NCBI GenBank assembly: GCA_043228905.1
Contig: JBHGNT010000003.1
Coordinates: 992,001 to 1,056,000 of the forward strand
Length of the DNA stretch: 64,000 nucleotides
From: Azolla caroliniana
Taxonomy: Eukaryota > Plantae > Polypodiophyta
Direction: 5' to 3'
This document shows, piece after piece, positions 25,001 through 35,449 of this stretch (positions within the stretch are counted from its first letter, which is position 1; every line of letters begins with the position of its first letter). Both the position numbers and the translations under genes were made by a program. Below the pieces are notes generated by a model that made no database searches, was not told the origin of the DNA, and saw only the letters and a list, made by a program, of their open reading frames with translations.

Positions 25001-27994
25001 TGGCCCTTGAAAGTTCCCTGACTACTGTGTGAAGTTCAACTGAAGATGCATAAATAGATCTATTTTCATCTATTTTAAGCATACTAAAATCTTTGATGTT
25101 ATGATGTTCCTTTTCACATTATGAGTTCCCAGTGTAGACTAAGGCCATTTAGCATTATAACTGGTACTAGACCAAAGCACTGTGTTATTCTCACCTCTCA
25201 AAATAGAATTAGGCATAAGAAAGACTAGCACTAATACAATAAATGACATGCATTTCAAAAAATAGCCAGTATTTTACATACATAGAAAATGGATGATAGT
25301 ATAGAAAATTGCATCAGAAAAAGTTCGTGAAATGCATAACTATGACATGGGTAAAACCAAATCAAAATTTCTATGGAATTTCTTATTGATGACTACAATC
25401 AATTAAACCCTGAAGATAGAATATTACTTACCATAACTAGGAAAGACCCTGCGTTGATCACATGGACAAGATTTGAAAAGAGCATTCTGTGGATTGAATA
25501 TCTCCCGACAAATCAATGAAAACCATTCTCTTAAAACCCCAGGACCTGTCGCTTCCTCTGATATGAATTCTACCGAAATGCCCCCTTGTAAGGCATCTGG
25601 ATCGGCATATGCCAAAACTTCAAAAGAATCTGATAGTACTTTAGACCTTGACACTACGATTTCTTGTCTTTCATCATGATCATCCTGTGGCTCTGGAAGT
25701 GTTGCCATTACAAGTCTCCTCCTTGATTCAAAATTCAAGAGGAACTTGTAATCAAGTAGCCATGAATGGTCATCATGCCACCGTGAATGCTTGATTAGGA
25801 AGTTCAATGCAGAATGCCGTGTTTGTAACATTCTTATCAAACCTTTCAAAGACTGTTCAGACAGTTGTGCAATAACATGAAGACCTTTTAGAACAACTAA
25901 AAAATGCACCCAAAGCCCTTCATCAGATGCTGACAACTGCAATGAGTCTTGAAATCCTTCGTATTGCTGAATAGCAGCCAAACAACCATCTACTGCTTGC
26001 AAAAGTTGATGAAAGAGACATTTGAGCCATCTATGAGACCCCATCTCCAATTCTGATAAACCAATCTCTAATCCTGATTCATCTTCTGCTTCATCTAACT
26101 TCACAAAACTACCCATATCAAATTGTGCTTTACTTGAATTTCTTACACTTCTATTCTGTGAAAAAAACACCCAAAATGCACTGGAAGGTGGGGTATAAAC
26201 ACTTTCACCATTCCGAGCTTCCATAGCCTTGCATAAGATTGACGCAAAAGCTGTGAAATCCTGTCCATCTTTCACATCAGAGCACTGTGCTGGTCTCTCT
26301 TTCATTCTAAGATCATGTGCAACAGATTGCAAATTGGAACAAAGGTTTATTGCGAGTTCATGGACAAATGGGGCAAAATCTTGAATAATAGTTTCGGATT
26401 TTGCATCATGGAAATAAGAGCCCTCATTAACAGTTGTATCAAGCAAACATGCAAGGGCGTTACGGCATGAAGAATAAAGAGGGTGGAAAGGAGCACTTTT
26501 ACCCAACAATTTGCAAAAGTCCAATAGAACAGGTGCACAATGGCTATGTAAATGACTAGGTAAACAATCTTCATTAGAACAAAAGAATAGTCTTATTGAC
26601 TCTTCTGCACATTCAGAATTTAACTCAATCGGAGAAAGTAGCAACATAACCAATGCAGATGTAGCCCCTGCAAGTTGAAATACTTGCATGTGCTCTGAAA
26701 ATGGTGCAGATTTCATCGCTAGCTTCAGGTAATCTTTAACTCCAGATTTTATGTTTATCTGAGCCTGGAGCATTCTATACTTCGAATCTCGACCTTCGTC
26801 ATACTCAATAGCACATGTTATTCTGATCATAGCAACAAGATTATTGATGAGTTGCCATGAATGAGGAAGGGCAGTGCTACGCATTCTTGCAACTAAATGC
26901 AGAGTAGCATCATTCACTACTTGACATTGAGCAAGAGTTTGGTCATTCTGCAACTGTTTTCCAAAGTAAATCAACCTCTGTTCAGATAAGGGTAAGCCCG
27001 TCTTTAGGAAAATTTGTCTGTGAACAGATTCTATTGTATCAAATGCATTTCCATGAAGAACAATGGTACGACCATCAATGTAAGTCTTTACAAAGAATTG
27101 AAGAGGCATGTGAGAGCTACTTATACTTAAGAATTTTTCATCACAAAAACATTGTCCCATTGAACTTGAGCTGGTACTTTCTATAAAACTTTTCTTCGTA
27201 TCATGGCATACGGAATCAGAATCTGTTTCTAATTTTCTCTTACTATTATCACGTTCATTTAAGCCATTTTCCCTTTCCGAAGAATAATCTACACTTGCCC
27301 TTGCCACCTCATGACTTCTTTCGATCTCACGATGATCTGTACTAGCTTTATTGGCCAATGATACACCATGATCTGAATCTTTAGCAAAGCTTTCGATCCT
27401 ACCACTCTTAGAATCTTCTGTTACTACATTCATAGACATATAATCACCTGTATCAATAACCTTGTTTGCTGCCCTTGATGTATGAGAACTTTTACCATCA
27501 CTGAAAATCTTGTTATCATCATGCTGTATATCACAATCAATGTTACATTTTACCTCGGTAAAATCTTCATCTTTGTCCGCAAGATCAACCACGCTAAAGT
27601 CAGAAGAGAAAGAAACAGAAACATTACAATCTCTATGCATTATACTGAAATCATTAGTTACAACTTCTTCCATGCACTCTTCTCTAGTTTCTCGTCTATG
27701 TCTAGATGGAGAAGTTATATCAAGCTCAAGATCCTCTAGCTTCCGTTTGATAGGGACGATCCTATTACCTGTGTTCCTACTGTGCATTAAAAGTTCTTCC
27801 TGCAAATCTGAGACATCTACTACTGCATTTTCATTCTCAACAATCATAGAATCATCCTGTGGAAGAATACTTTGTATATGGTCAGCAGAAATGTTCTCCA
27901 TCGTTTCCTCCCTTCTGATAAGGGTTTTCAATGTAGATTGACCAATATGGCTTATAAGCATTCGCAGAGAATCAGCCAGACCTGAAAGAACCAT
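18788..27994 (-). CDS. UPL5: E3 ubiquitin-protein ligase UPL5-like (ubiquitin-like domain + HECT); exons 27994-25432, 22822-22236, 19051-18788; 1137 aa
   Basis: UBL domain QFFVKT...EQRLIYFGKQL...ATLHLVAR. HECT motifs EEATGPGVLREWF, YFRFCGRVIALALMH, IIWFWQ, LLFFSTSV and catalytic LPTAHTCF. GT-AG introns with consistent phases (TATG|gtaagt ... ttgcag|CTTCA; CAG|gtatct ... ttgcag|GTTTTG). Spliced length 3414 bp = 1138 codons including the stop. Confidence 0.93.
20085..20479 (-). mobile_element. Solo LTR (395 bp) related to the chromovirus LTR at 52076-52530, inside UPL5 intron 2
   Basis: TG...CA ends. Shares gaagggtgccgatccac, atgagggtagctag, caagttcacacttg, ggattaaaagtaatc and ccacgtgtatagaatactacggta...catgcccgtaaca with the gypsy LTR. 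Flanks catcg / cgtcg form a 5-bp TSD with one mismatch. Confidence 0.9.
22236..22822 (-). CDS. UPL5: UPL5-like coding exon 2 (HECT N-lobe)
   Basis: Acceptor ttttgcag ending at 22823, donor GT at 22235; translates SGVNPGHLTYFRFCGRVIALAL...WFWQ. Confidence 0.9.
25432..27994 (-). CDS. UPL5: UPL5-like coding exon 1 (N-terminal extension, UBL, start of HECT)
   Basis: 856-aa ORF with donor GTAAGT starting at 25431. Confidence 0.9.
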
Positions 27995-29029
27995 CTATAT
28001 TGTACCGACCCACGTAGTCACATCCGATTTCCTCCCAGAATCCCACAGCATGGCTACAACCACAAGATGCATGGAAAATCCACCATTGCAGGTTTCATGG
28101 CACAAGGAGAAGATTGACTAAAAGAATGTGATAATTCTGAACCTGCATCGCAAGGACCTGCGTCTTTGTGTGTTATGGAAGAACAGGTGGAGAAAATATC
28201 AGTCAACAAACGAGTAAATCAACAGGGGAAAGAGAAAGAAATAAGCACATGAACTCAAACGAAAGGATTAAACAGACATGACAGCAGATCCAGAAAGATC
28301 TGATAAAGGTATACTGTGCAGCAAATAAACAAGAGAGAGAGGGTGTGCAATCAAGATGAAATATCACGGAGAGAGTAGAGCAGAGAAAACAAGACTGAAA
28401 AAGGGATGTGCTCGATATACTTTTCTATACTTTATATAAAAGAATTGCGTTTTTTACTTCATATGAGAGAGAGAGAGAGAGCAAATGAATGCAGCAATGG
28501 TAGAGGAGGCACTGTAATTGCATTCTGAAGGATATATTTCTGGTACTATGGCTACATATGCAGAGAAATAAATATTGTTAATGTGCGCGAAAGAAAAAGA
28601 AGAGATGGGGGGAGAGTCACTGCGGATAGAATCTCAGTTATGTTGTCATACGGATAACAAATTACGAAGAAAATACCAGTTTAAATCAATGTACAAAATT
28701 AAGGAGATGAAAGAATGCATGGAACAAAAAAAATACTTGCACAGCGAGAGACAGGGAGATGGAAGAGAATATACTTACAGAGATTCCGAAACCACATGCA
28801 AAAGGCCTGCGTTTTGGAGCGAGATTTTGATGGCAAGGATGGATTAGCACTTAGCCAATGCCGGGAAGAAATCGAAGAGAGATCGGAGAGGGATTAGGCC
28901 TTAAACTTGTGCAGGTGAAAAAGCAAAGAAGGATTGGACCTTGACCTGTGCAGGGAACAAATCGAAGAGATGTCCGAGAGCAGACAAAACTCGGAGGCGT
29001 TGAAGAAGATGCCAGCGCGAAAGCAGAGA

Positions 29030-29165
29030 AGATAAACTGATCAGAGGGAGTGTAGACAGAGAAAGAGAGAAGACGATTCGACGGACTGATCAGCGATGGC
29101 GAAGCAGGTTCTCGCAGAGAGAGGAACAGAAGATGAACTGATCATCGATGGCCAAGAGGATGCAT

Positions 29166-29211
<46 letters not shown>

Positions 29212-29465
29212 AACTGATCAGCGATGGCGAAGAAGAAGAAGCAGAAAGAAAGAAAAAAGAAGGAGCAGGAGGAGCAGACCTGCAGAAAAAAAACAAGAAG
29301 GCGAAGGGGGGGGAGGGGGCAGGAGCGATATCTGACGTGGCTGCCTACGTGGAACATCGCCGACCTGCCAGCTCGGCAGACTTCAGCGCCCCTCCTCTCT
29401 TCTCGAAGACCCTACTCTAAAAAGCCCCTGCCACCTGTCCTGCCACGTGGCAACCGGCGGGTGGA
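29030..29465 (-). promoter_or_regulatory. Probable UPL5 promoter / first leader exon: G-box motifs, pyrimidine-rich patch and (CT)n tract
   Basis: TGACGTGGC, TACGTGG and GCCACGTGGC at ~29332-29451; (GA)n on + at ~29170-29206; GC-rich island 1.0-1.5 kb upstream of the ATG. Confidence 0.55.
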
Positions 29466-32143
29466 TGCGGGAGACTTGCGTTTAATTCGTTCATTCCATC
29501 GATCTCCGGAAACTTCCAACTCGTTGCCGGAAGCTTCCGATTAGTCTCCAGAAGCTTCTGATTGGTCTCCGGAAGCTTCCGGCCTCTCGGCCGAGCCGCC
29601 CCCGTAACACAAACAACTCTTCTCGATCATAATCTCCTCGTTAGATATAATTCGATGTATCAAACCATTCCTTTGCCTTTCGAACAATCGATTCAGGTTA
29701 TGCTCATTGCTCTGCTTCACATAATGGGGACAACCACCCGATAGGAATCTGAACTTGCGAGTCAAATTTCAAACTCGTGCCTCCTGCTGGTAAAACTAAT
29801 GCCCTCGAAAACTAGCAACATAACTTGAACCCGATTGTTCGCCACGTTCCTTCCCACATCGTGACCTCGTAAAGTCTTCATTATAACATGATGCGGAGGA
29901 GTATTCACTATAACACTTCTACGATGACATGATCTCGCACCATATTGCTTCATAAGCACAATCTCAACTTCATCCCCCCTAGAGCTAAAGAAATACTCTA
30001 GCAAATCTTGTGAGTTTGGCCATCATTTGGACGACAAATGCCCCTCGTATGTGTATGATGTATTGTTGAAATGTCACATTGTTCTTCGTTCTCATCATTG
30101 CTTGTGTCATAATGGTGAAAATTTTCAGGCTCCCAGAAAGCCAATTTCAACAAAATTTTTGTGATGTGATTAATGAAATGCTCTTTTATTCTCCAAAAAA
30201 GTATCCTTGAACTCTCATCGTGAAAGTGGCTCTTCGTCTTTCTCGTTTTCGAGAACTTGGACATATGCTTAAGCATAACTAGAGTTTGAATATCATTCTT
30301 CACGGCAATAAGTTTAAATATCAAGCCCCAAGAGACTTGTTGATGTATGTTTTCCAGCTTGACAACATTGCATTGCTCCTACCAACCAAACCTAACTCAT
30401 ACCTACCTTCGTAGTTCTCCAACTATGAATAGAATCTTAATGGAATACTATTTTGATATTCCAACAACGCAATTTTTGAACTTGACGTTAGTTCACATTC
30501 TCCTTTAATTAGCTAGACAAGGTTTTTTGTGTTAGGCAAAAGGTATTCTTCAGTTCTGGATTGTTCTGATTTTTGCAATCATCGTTCTTTGTATCCATAT
30601 GACCACTAGATTAAGTCCACAATGTTGTATATAAGAGCTTTCCTTTCTTTATACCTTCTCTCTAAGTGAACTCACATGTTCTTCTTCATATAGTCCTTGA
30701 AGGGCTTGAGTTGAGTTGTGCTAAGAAGCCAAGCCATCTCTTTGTCGATTCCTATCATTGAGTGAAAGGGGGAGGGTCACACAATGATGGGGACTAGTAG
30801 ATCATTGAAATGATCACATTATCATCGCTAGACTTTGCCATCGATGACAACATAAGGAACATCCAATGCACAGATGTGGAGTGTTAGGGCCAACCAAAAT
30901 GTGTTGTTTATCTTTGAATATTGAAGTAAATTGGATGCTCCCTTCAAATGAATTCTTTGAGATTGATATAGTTTGCAAAAAATATAGATACCGTTCAATG
31001 TACTAAAAAACATATTAACCCCATTCGCATAGATCTAATGTAAACGAACAATACCAAGATGTTGACGATGGATGTAAACTTTTTCTCTTGTAAGTCAAAA
31101 GATGAAGAGAAGAATTTTTTTTCTCTTGGATGCACTTAAGGTAATACTAAGTTCTATCCCCTGTCAATGTCGTTGGCCTAGGATTCAAACCAGCGTATAC
31201 CTTTTTGGTGGCTAACTGAGCGGATGTAAGTGTCAAGTACCTTAGAGCTACTAGCTTACTTGGTTCTATGTGATTAATATTAACCTCTCTCTTATTGTCT
31301 CTCTCACTTTACTCTCTCGTACACTTGAACAAAGAAGTAAAAAATGAAGACAATGTTTTATTATCACCACTCTTAGTACAAAGTGGTTGAGCACCAACAA
31401 GGTAGAGAAATTGGGAGATAGAAGAGGAAGCTTCAAACTTTAATCACTAGGAGAAACTCTGAAGATTTGAGAAGAACTATAAAAGACACTACATAGTGGC
31501 TTTTATAGCTTTTACAAAGTGAGTGTGGCCGTTTCACACTAAATTGGCCTTTGGCTTGCATTTGTCCTGCTTGGATTGTTCTATCCCCCCTTTTCGTAGA
31601 TTAGTTGCTTGGTGTTCCCTGTTGGTGCCCATATCTTCACGACTAGTGTGCCACGTGTCATCTACTTAACATTGGCTTATATGGAGTCATGAGACAAGGT
31701 AAGGTGGGTGAGAAAATACTTTGATAAAAGACAAGGATATCTAGCAAATGACCAAGCAGTGGATGAATGAGGTGCAAATGGACAAGAAGTGGAGGATGAG
31801 AGAGTATATGTGGATTCAACTTCGAGTACCACAACATCAATAGTAACAACACTATGAATTATTCAAATCATAGATATGTTCACAATAAACATCAAGAAAA
31901 CTACTAAATCTATTGAATTGAAGAAGCGAAGCAAACTAGCTAAATTTCCAGCTCATGTAGACAAATTTGCAAGAAGAATAATGTCGTTAAAGAACAAGAC
32001 AAAGAGACTTTGATAAACAAGCCGAGAAAAGCTAAGAGATGATGGGAAATAACAAATAAACAGTTGAACACAAGGCTAATAAAATGTTAGAGGCATGGTA
32101 GTTTGATATTGTGACATAAATCAAGTGTGTAATCGACCACCTA

Positions 32144-32595
32144 GAAATATAAAGGGCCCTATTATGTAATATTAAGTTGCAAACAAACTCAAAATGTAAA
32201 CTTTAAAGGATAAATTAGTGAATGTTTGAATGGGCGAAATCAGTTTTCAAGTTAAAGGATTGAATAAAATCGAATAAACTACAACCATAAAGAGTAGGTA
32301 ATTGAAGCCATTGATGTTATGTGATTACTGAGCCATAGGTGTTTTAACATCTTTCATTGCTTTCACTGAAATATAAAGGGCCCTATTATGTAATATTAAG
32401 TTGCAAACAAACTCAAAATGTAAACTTTAAAGGATAAATTAGTGAATGTTTGAATGGGCGAAATCAGTTTTCAAGTTAAAGGATTGAATAAAATCGAATA
32501 AACTACAACCATAAAGAGTAGGTAATTGAAGCCATTGATGTTATGTGATTACTGAGCCATAGGTGTTTTAACATCTTTCATTGCTTTCACTGAAA
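32144..32595. repeat. Apparently perfect 2 x 224-bp tandem duplication
   Basis: gaaatataaagggccctattatg... starts at 32144 and 32368; the copies look identical; GAAA microhomology at the junction. Confidence 0.92.
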
Positions 32596-33061
32596 GCTAG
32601 TCTTATTCAAGTATTCACCTTGAGAAACATTAAAAGATAAAAAGGATAATTAGCTCACATATATACTTGGGCTAACCTTGTACTACACAGATAACAACAT
32701 GTTTGATACACATATGTGTGTATAAGTTCACTAGCAAAGGCATGTATCTAGTCTCATCTTCTCATTTTATAGCTTTCAAGAGCTCCCTTGTTGTATAAAA
32801 CTAGTATCCTCTCCTTTAAAAATGCATTGTGACATTTTCTAATTTTGAGCATGTATTTGACTTTATTATTGCATGGGTGCCTAACTTTTGCAAAATTGAT
32901 CTCCTTTTAGCATGTGCTTGACTTTATACCTACATGGATGTATAGTTTTCACAAATTGTATGACGACTTGTTTACATGCTTCCTTCATATCACTTATGAA
33001 TTATAGCTCATTTTCTCACATTAGTTTCCTTTTTTTATTAAAGGAAGATACACCTTAGTAT

Positions 33062-34603
33062 TGTGGTGTGCATGTGTTCCTTTGTGCCACCATTTTAGCT
33101 CACCCTTTTTAGGATGCACGTACCCAAGTTGACCCACCCTTTTAGCACACCCATTTTAGCCAAGCCAACCCAAATGGGTTCCGTTGTATCAACTATAAAT
33201 TGATTAAGAAGTAAGAAGCTAAGTAGACTAGTTTTGATCTCTTATGTGCATTTCACATATTGGTGGAGATGACGGGTACCAGCCCCCACATCCAAGCATC
33301 CACCTCTTCTGCTTCGTAGGTAGCATCGCCCTCGCCACTGTCACCGACACTCTTGTTAGTCTCTTGTAGTAGTATCTCTTCCATTAGCACCGCCTTAATT
33401 CACTAGTTAGGCCTCTCGACATCCATCGCTTCCTCCATCCAAGTCTTTTTTTGCGATCACCATCTATACCTCTCTAACACGCAAGCCCACTACACCTTCA
33501 CCTTAGACACTCTCACTTTCTCACACCACTTTTATGTCTTGCCCCACCAACTCTTCCCCCTCACCTTAGGTTGCCCACTAACTTCTTGTCCCATTAGTTT
33601 CTCCGATCCCCCTCCTACACTATAGCCCTCCTGTCCCCCACCTCAGCCAAGTCCAGGTGGCCCTTAGTCCACAAGAGTGATTGATCTTTCTTTGCCAAAT
33701 GATCTTTTCCCCGATCCCCCTCTGACACGATAGCCCTCCTATCCCCCACCTCAGCCGAGTCCAGGTGGCCCTTAGTCCACAAGAGTGATTGATCTTTCTT
33801 TGCCAAATGATCTTTTCCCCGATCCCCCTTTGACACGATAGCCCTCCTATCCCCCACCTCAGCCAAGTCCAGGTGGCCCTCAGTCCACAGGAGCAATTGA
33901 TCTTCGCTGCCATATGATATTTCCTCGATCCCCCTCCGACACGATAGCCCTCCTGTCCCCCACCTCAGCAAAGTCCAGGTGGCCCTCAGTCCACAACAGT
34001 GATTGATCTCTATTCGCCGATTGCTAGCTCGTTTTTCGTCACTAGCCCCGTCCAATTATCAAGGCCAACAGTTCCACGTGGATGTCCTCAACGTCGTTGC
34101 AACTCAACTACGTGTCCGTAGATGTTTACATCCCCACGCCATCTTCACCGAACGCCTCAACAAGACCCTCAAACATGAGATGGCTGCATAAATCAACCCT
34201 TTTCGAGCACTCTATGGGCGTAACCCTCGCCTCACACTAGAATCATCCATGGATTTCCATTTGAAACCTGCCATTAGATGCTCCCCCTCCTTCGACAAGC
34301 CATTGTTCCTTCTCTTGTTCATGTACCTGTCCTGTTCTTGTTCATGCCCCTCAATCTCTTGTTTCTCGCAGGGGGGAAATGTGGTGTTCATGTGTTCCTT
34401 TGTGCCACCCTTTTAGCTCACCCTTTTTAGGATGCACGCACACAAGTTGACCCACTAGGATGCGTGTGCCCAAAATGACCCACCCTTTTAGCACACCCTG
34501 TTTAGCCAAGCCAATTCAAATGGGTTCCGTTATATCAACTATAAATTGATTAAGAAGTAAGAAGCTAAGTAGATTGGTTTTGATCTCTTATGTGCATTTC
34601 ACA
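33062..34603 (+). mobile_element. Small non-autonomous LTR retrotransposon (TRIM/LARD-like gypsy derivative); LTRs 33062-33257 and 34380-34603
   Basis: Direct repeats TG...CA. PBS TGGTGGAGATG at 33261, complementary to a tRNA-Ala 3' end. PPT gcaggggggaaa before the 3' LTR. Flanking GTAT duplicated. Integrase remnant TERLNKTLK...PFRALYGRNPRL. Confidence 0.82.
33603..34010. repeat. Four-copy ~108-bp tandem array inside the small LTR element
   Basis: tagccctcct(a/g)tcccccacctcagc... recurs at 33623, 33731, 33839 and 33945. Confidence 0.9.
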
Positions 34604-35449
34604 GTATATTACTTGAAAAGTCTACATAAGAAAAACAAAAGGAGACATTTCATCTCACATTAGTTTCCTTTCATAGGTTTTCAACCGTTTACACTTTTGT
34701 TACTAGTGGCAAGCTTTATCATTAGAGTTATTGTTTTTGAATATTCGTTTGATCAGTGACAAGTTTGACCAAATTATTCCTAAGCTTTTGTACACCTTGT
34801 TTTTTACATGCTTTTCTCCCTTCACTCATGCCACATCATGAAATTTGCAACCACTAAACGAACACATATTGTAGTATCAAGTGCCAAGTGATCATGGTGC
34901 TCACTCACACCATATTTGTCTTGACTTTAATCAATCCATGCTCCTTGTTTTCAAGAATGTATTGTTTATCAAAAACTTTCTCAACAATACTCATGGATTA
35001 AGTCATTTTAAGTTATTCAACCTATTTTGAATACCTTCCACGTATGCACAATCGATGTCTTGTGATGCCATGATGTTACCTCAAAGCCTAGCTTCTATGA
35101 GCAAGTTCAAAGAAATGTGAGATTTATGCATGTGTTAATGCCAAAGGGGTGGTAAGATGTGGTAGATATGCCAATGTTGGAGGTTGATGTTTGAATTTAT
35201 GCAATATTACAATTTTTTACTCCAAAATTTTGTCATTTGATCATCAATATAGTCATCAACCTTTGTTCTATAATCATATACTATATAGTGTTGAGGCCCC
35301 AATAAATCTTCAACTTGTTGGGAGACAGGTCCCTCCGGATGGGAAGGGAGAAGATCAGTGACGATGAACAAACTCGGCCGAGGCCTGAACCGCATGAGGA
35401 GGACCCCGGCTACGGAGAGCCGGATGGTGCAGGCCCGATATGAAGACAA

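Noticed and set aside
29090-29544. ORFs with RERERE / SLSLSL runs
   Set aside because: Derived from (GA)n and purine tracts of the UPL5 leader region.
29600-31900. Broken ORFs and LTR-like text (ttttatagcttttacaa shared with ~62440-62505)
   Set aside because: Probably old TE debris, but no termini, TSD or diagnostic domain could be fixed.
33615-34055. 146-aa repeat-protein ORF as a real gene
   Set aside because: It is the antisense reading of a 108-bp (multiple-of-three) tandem array inside an LTR element, with no gene-like context.
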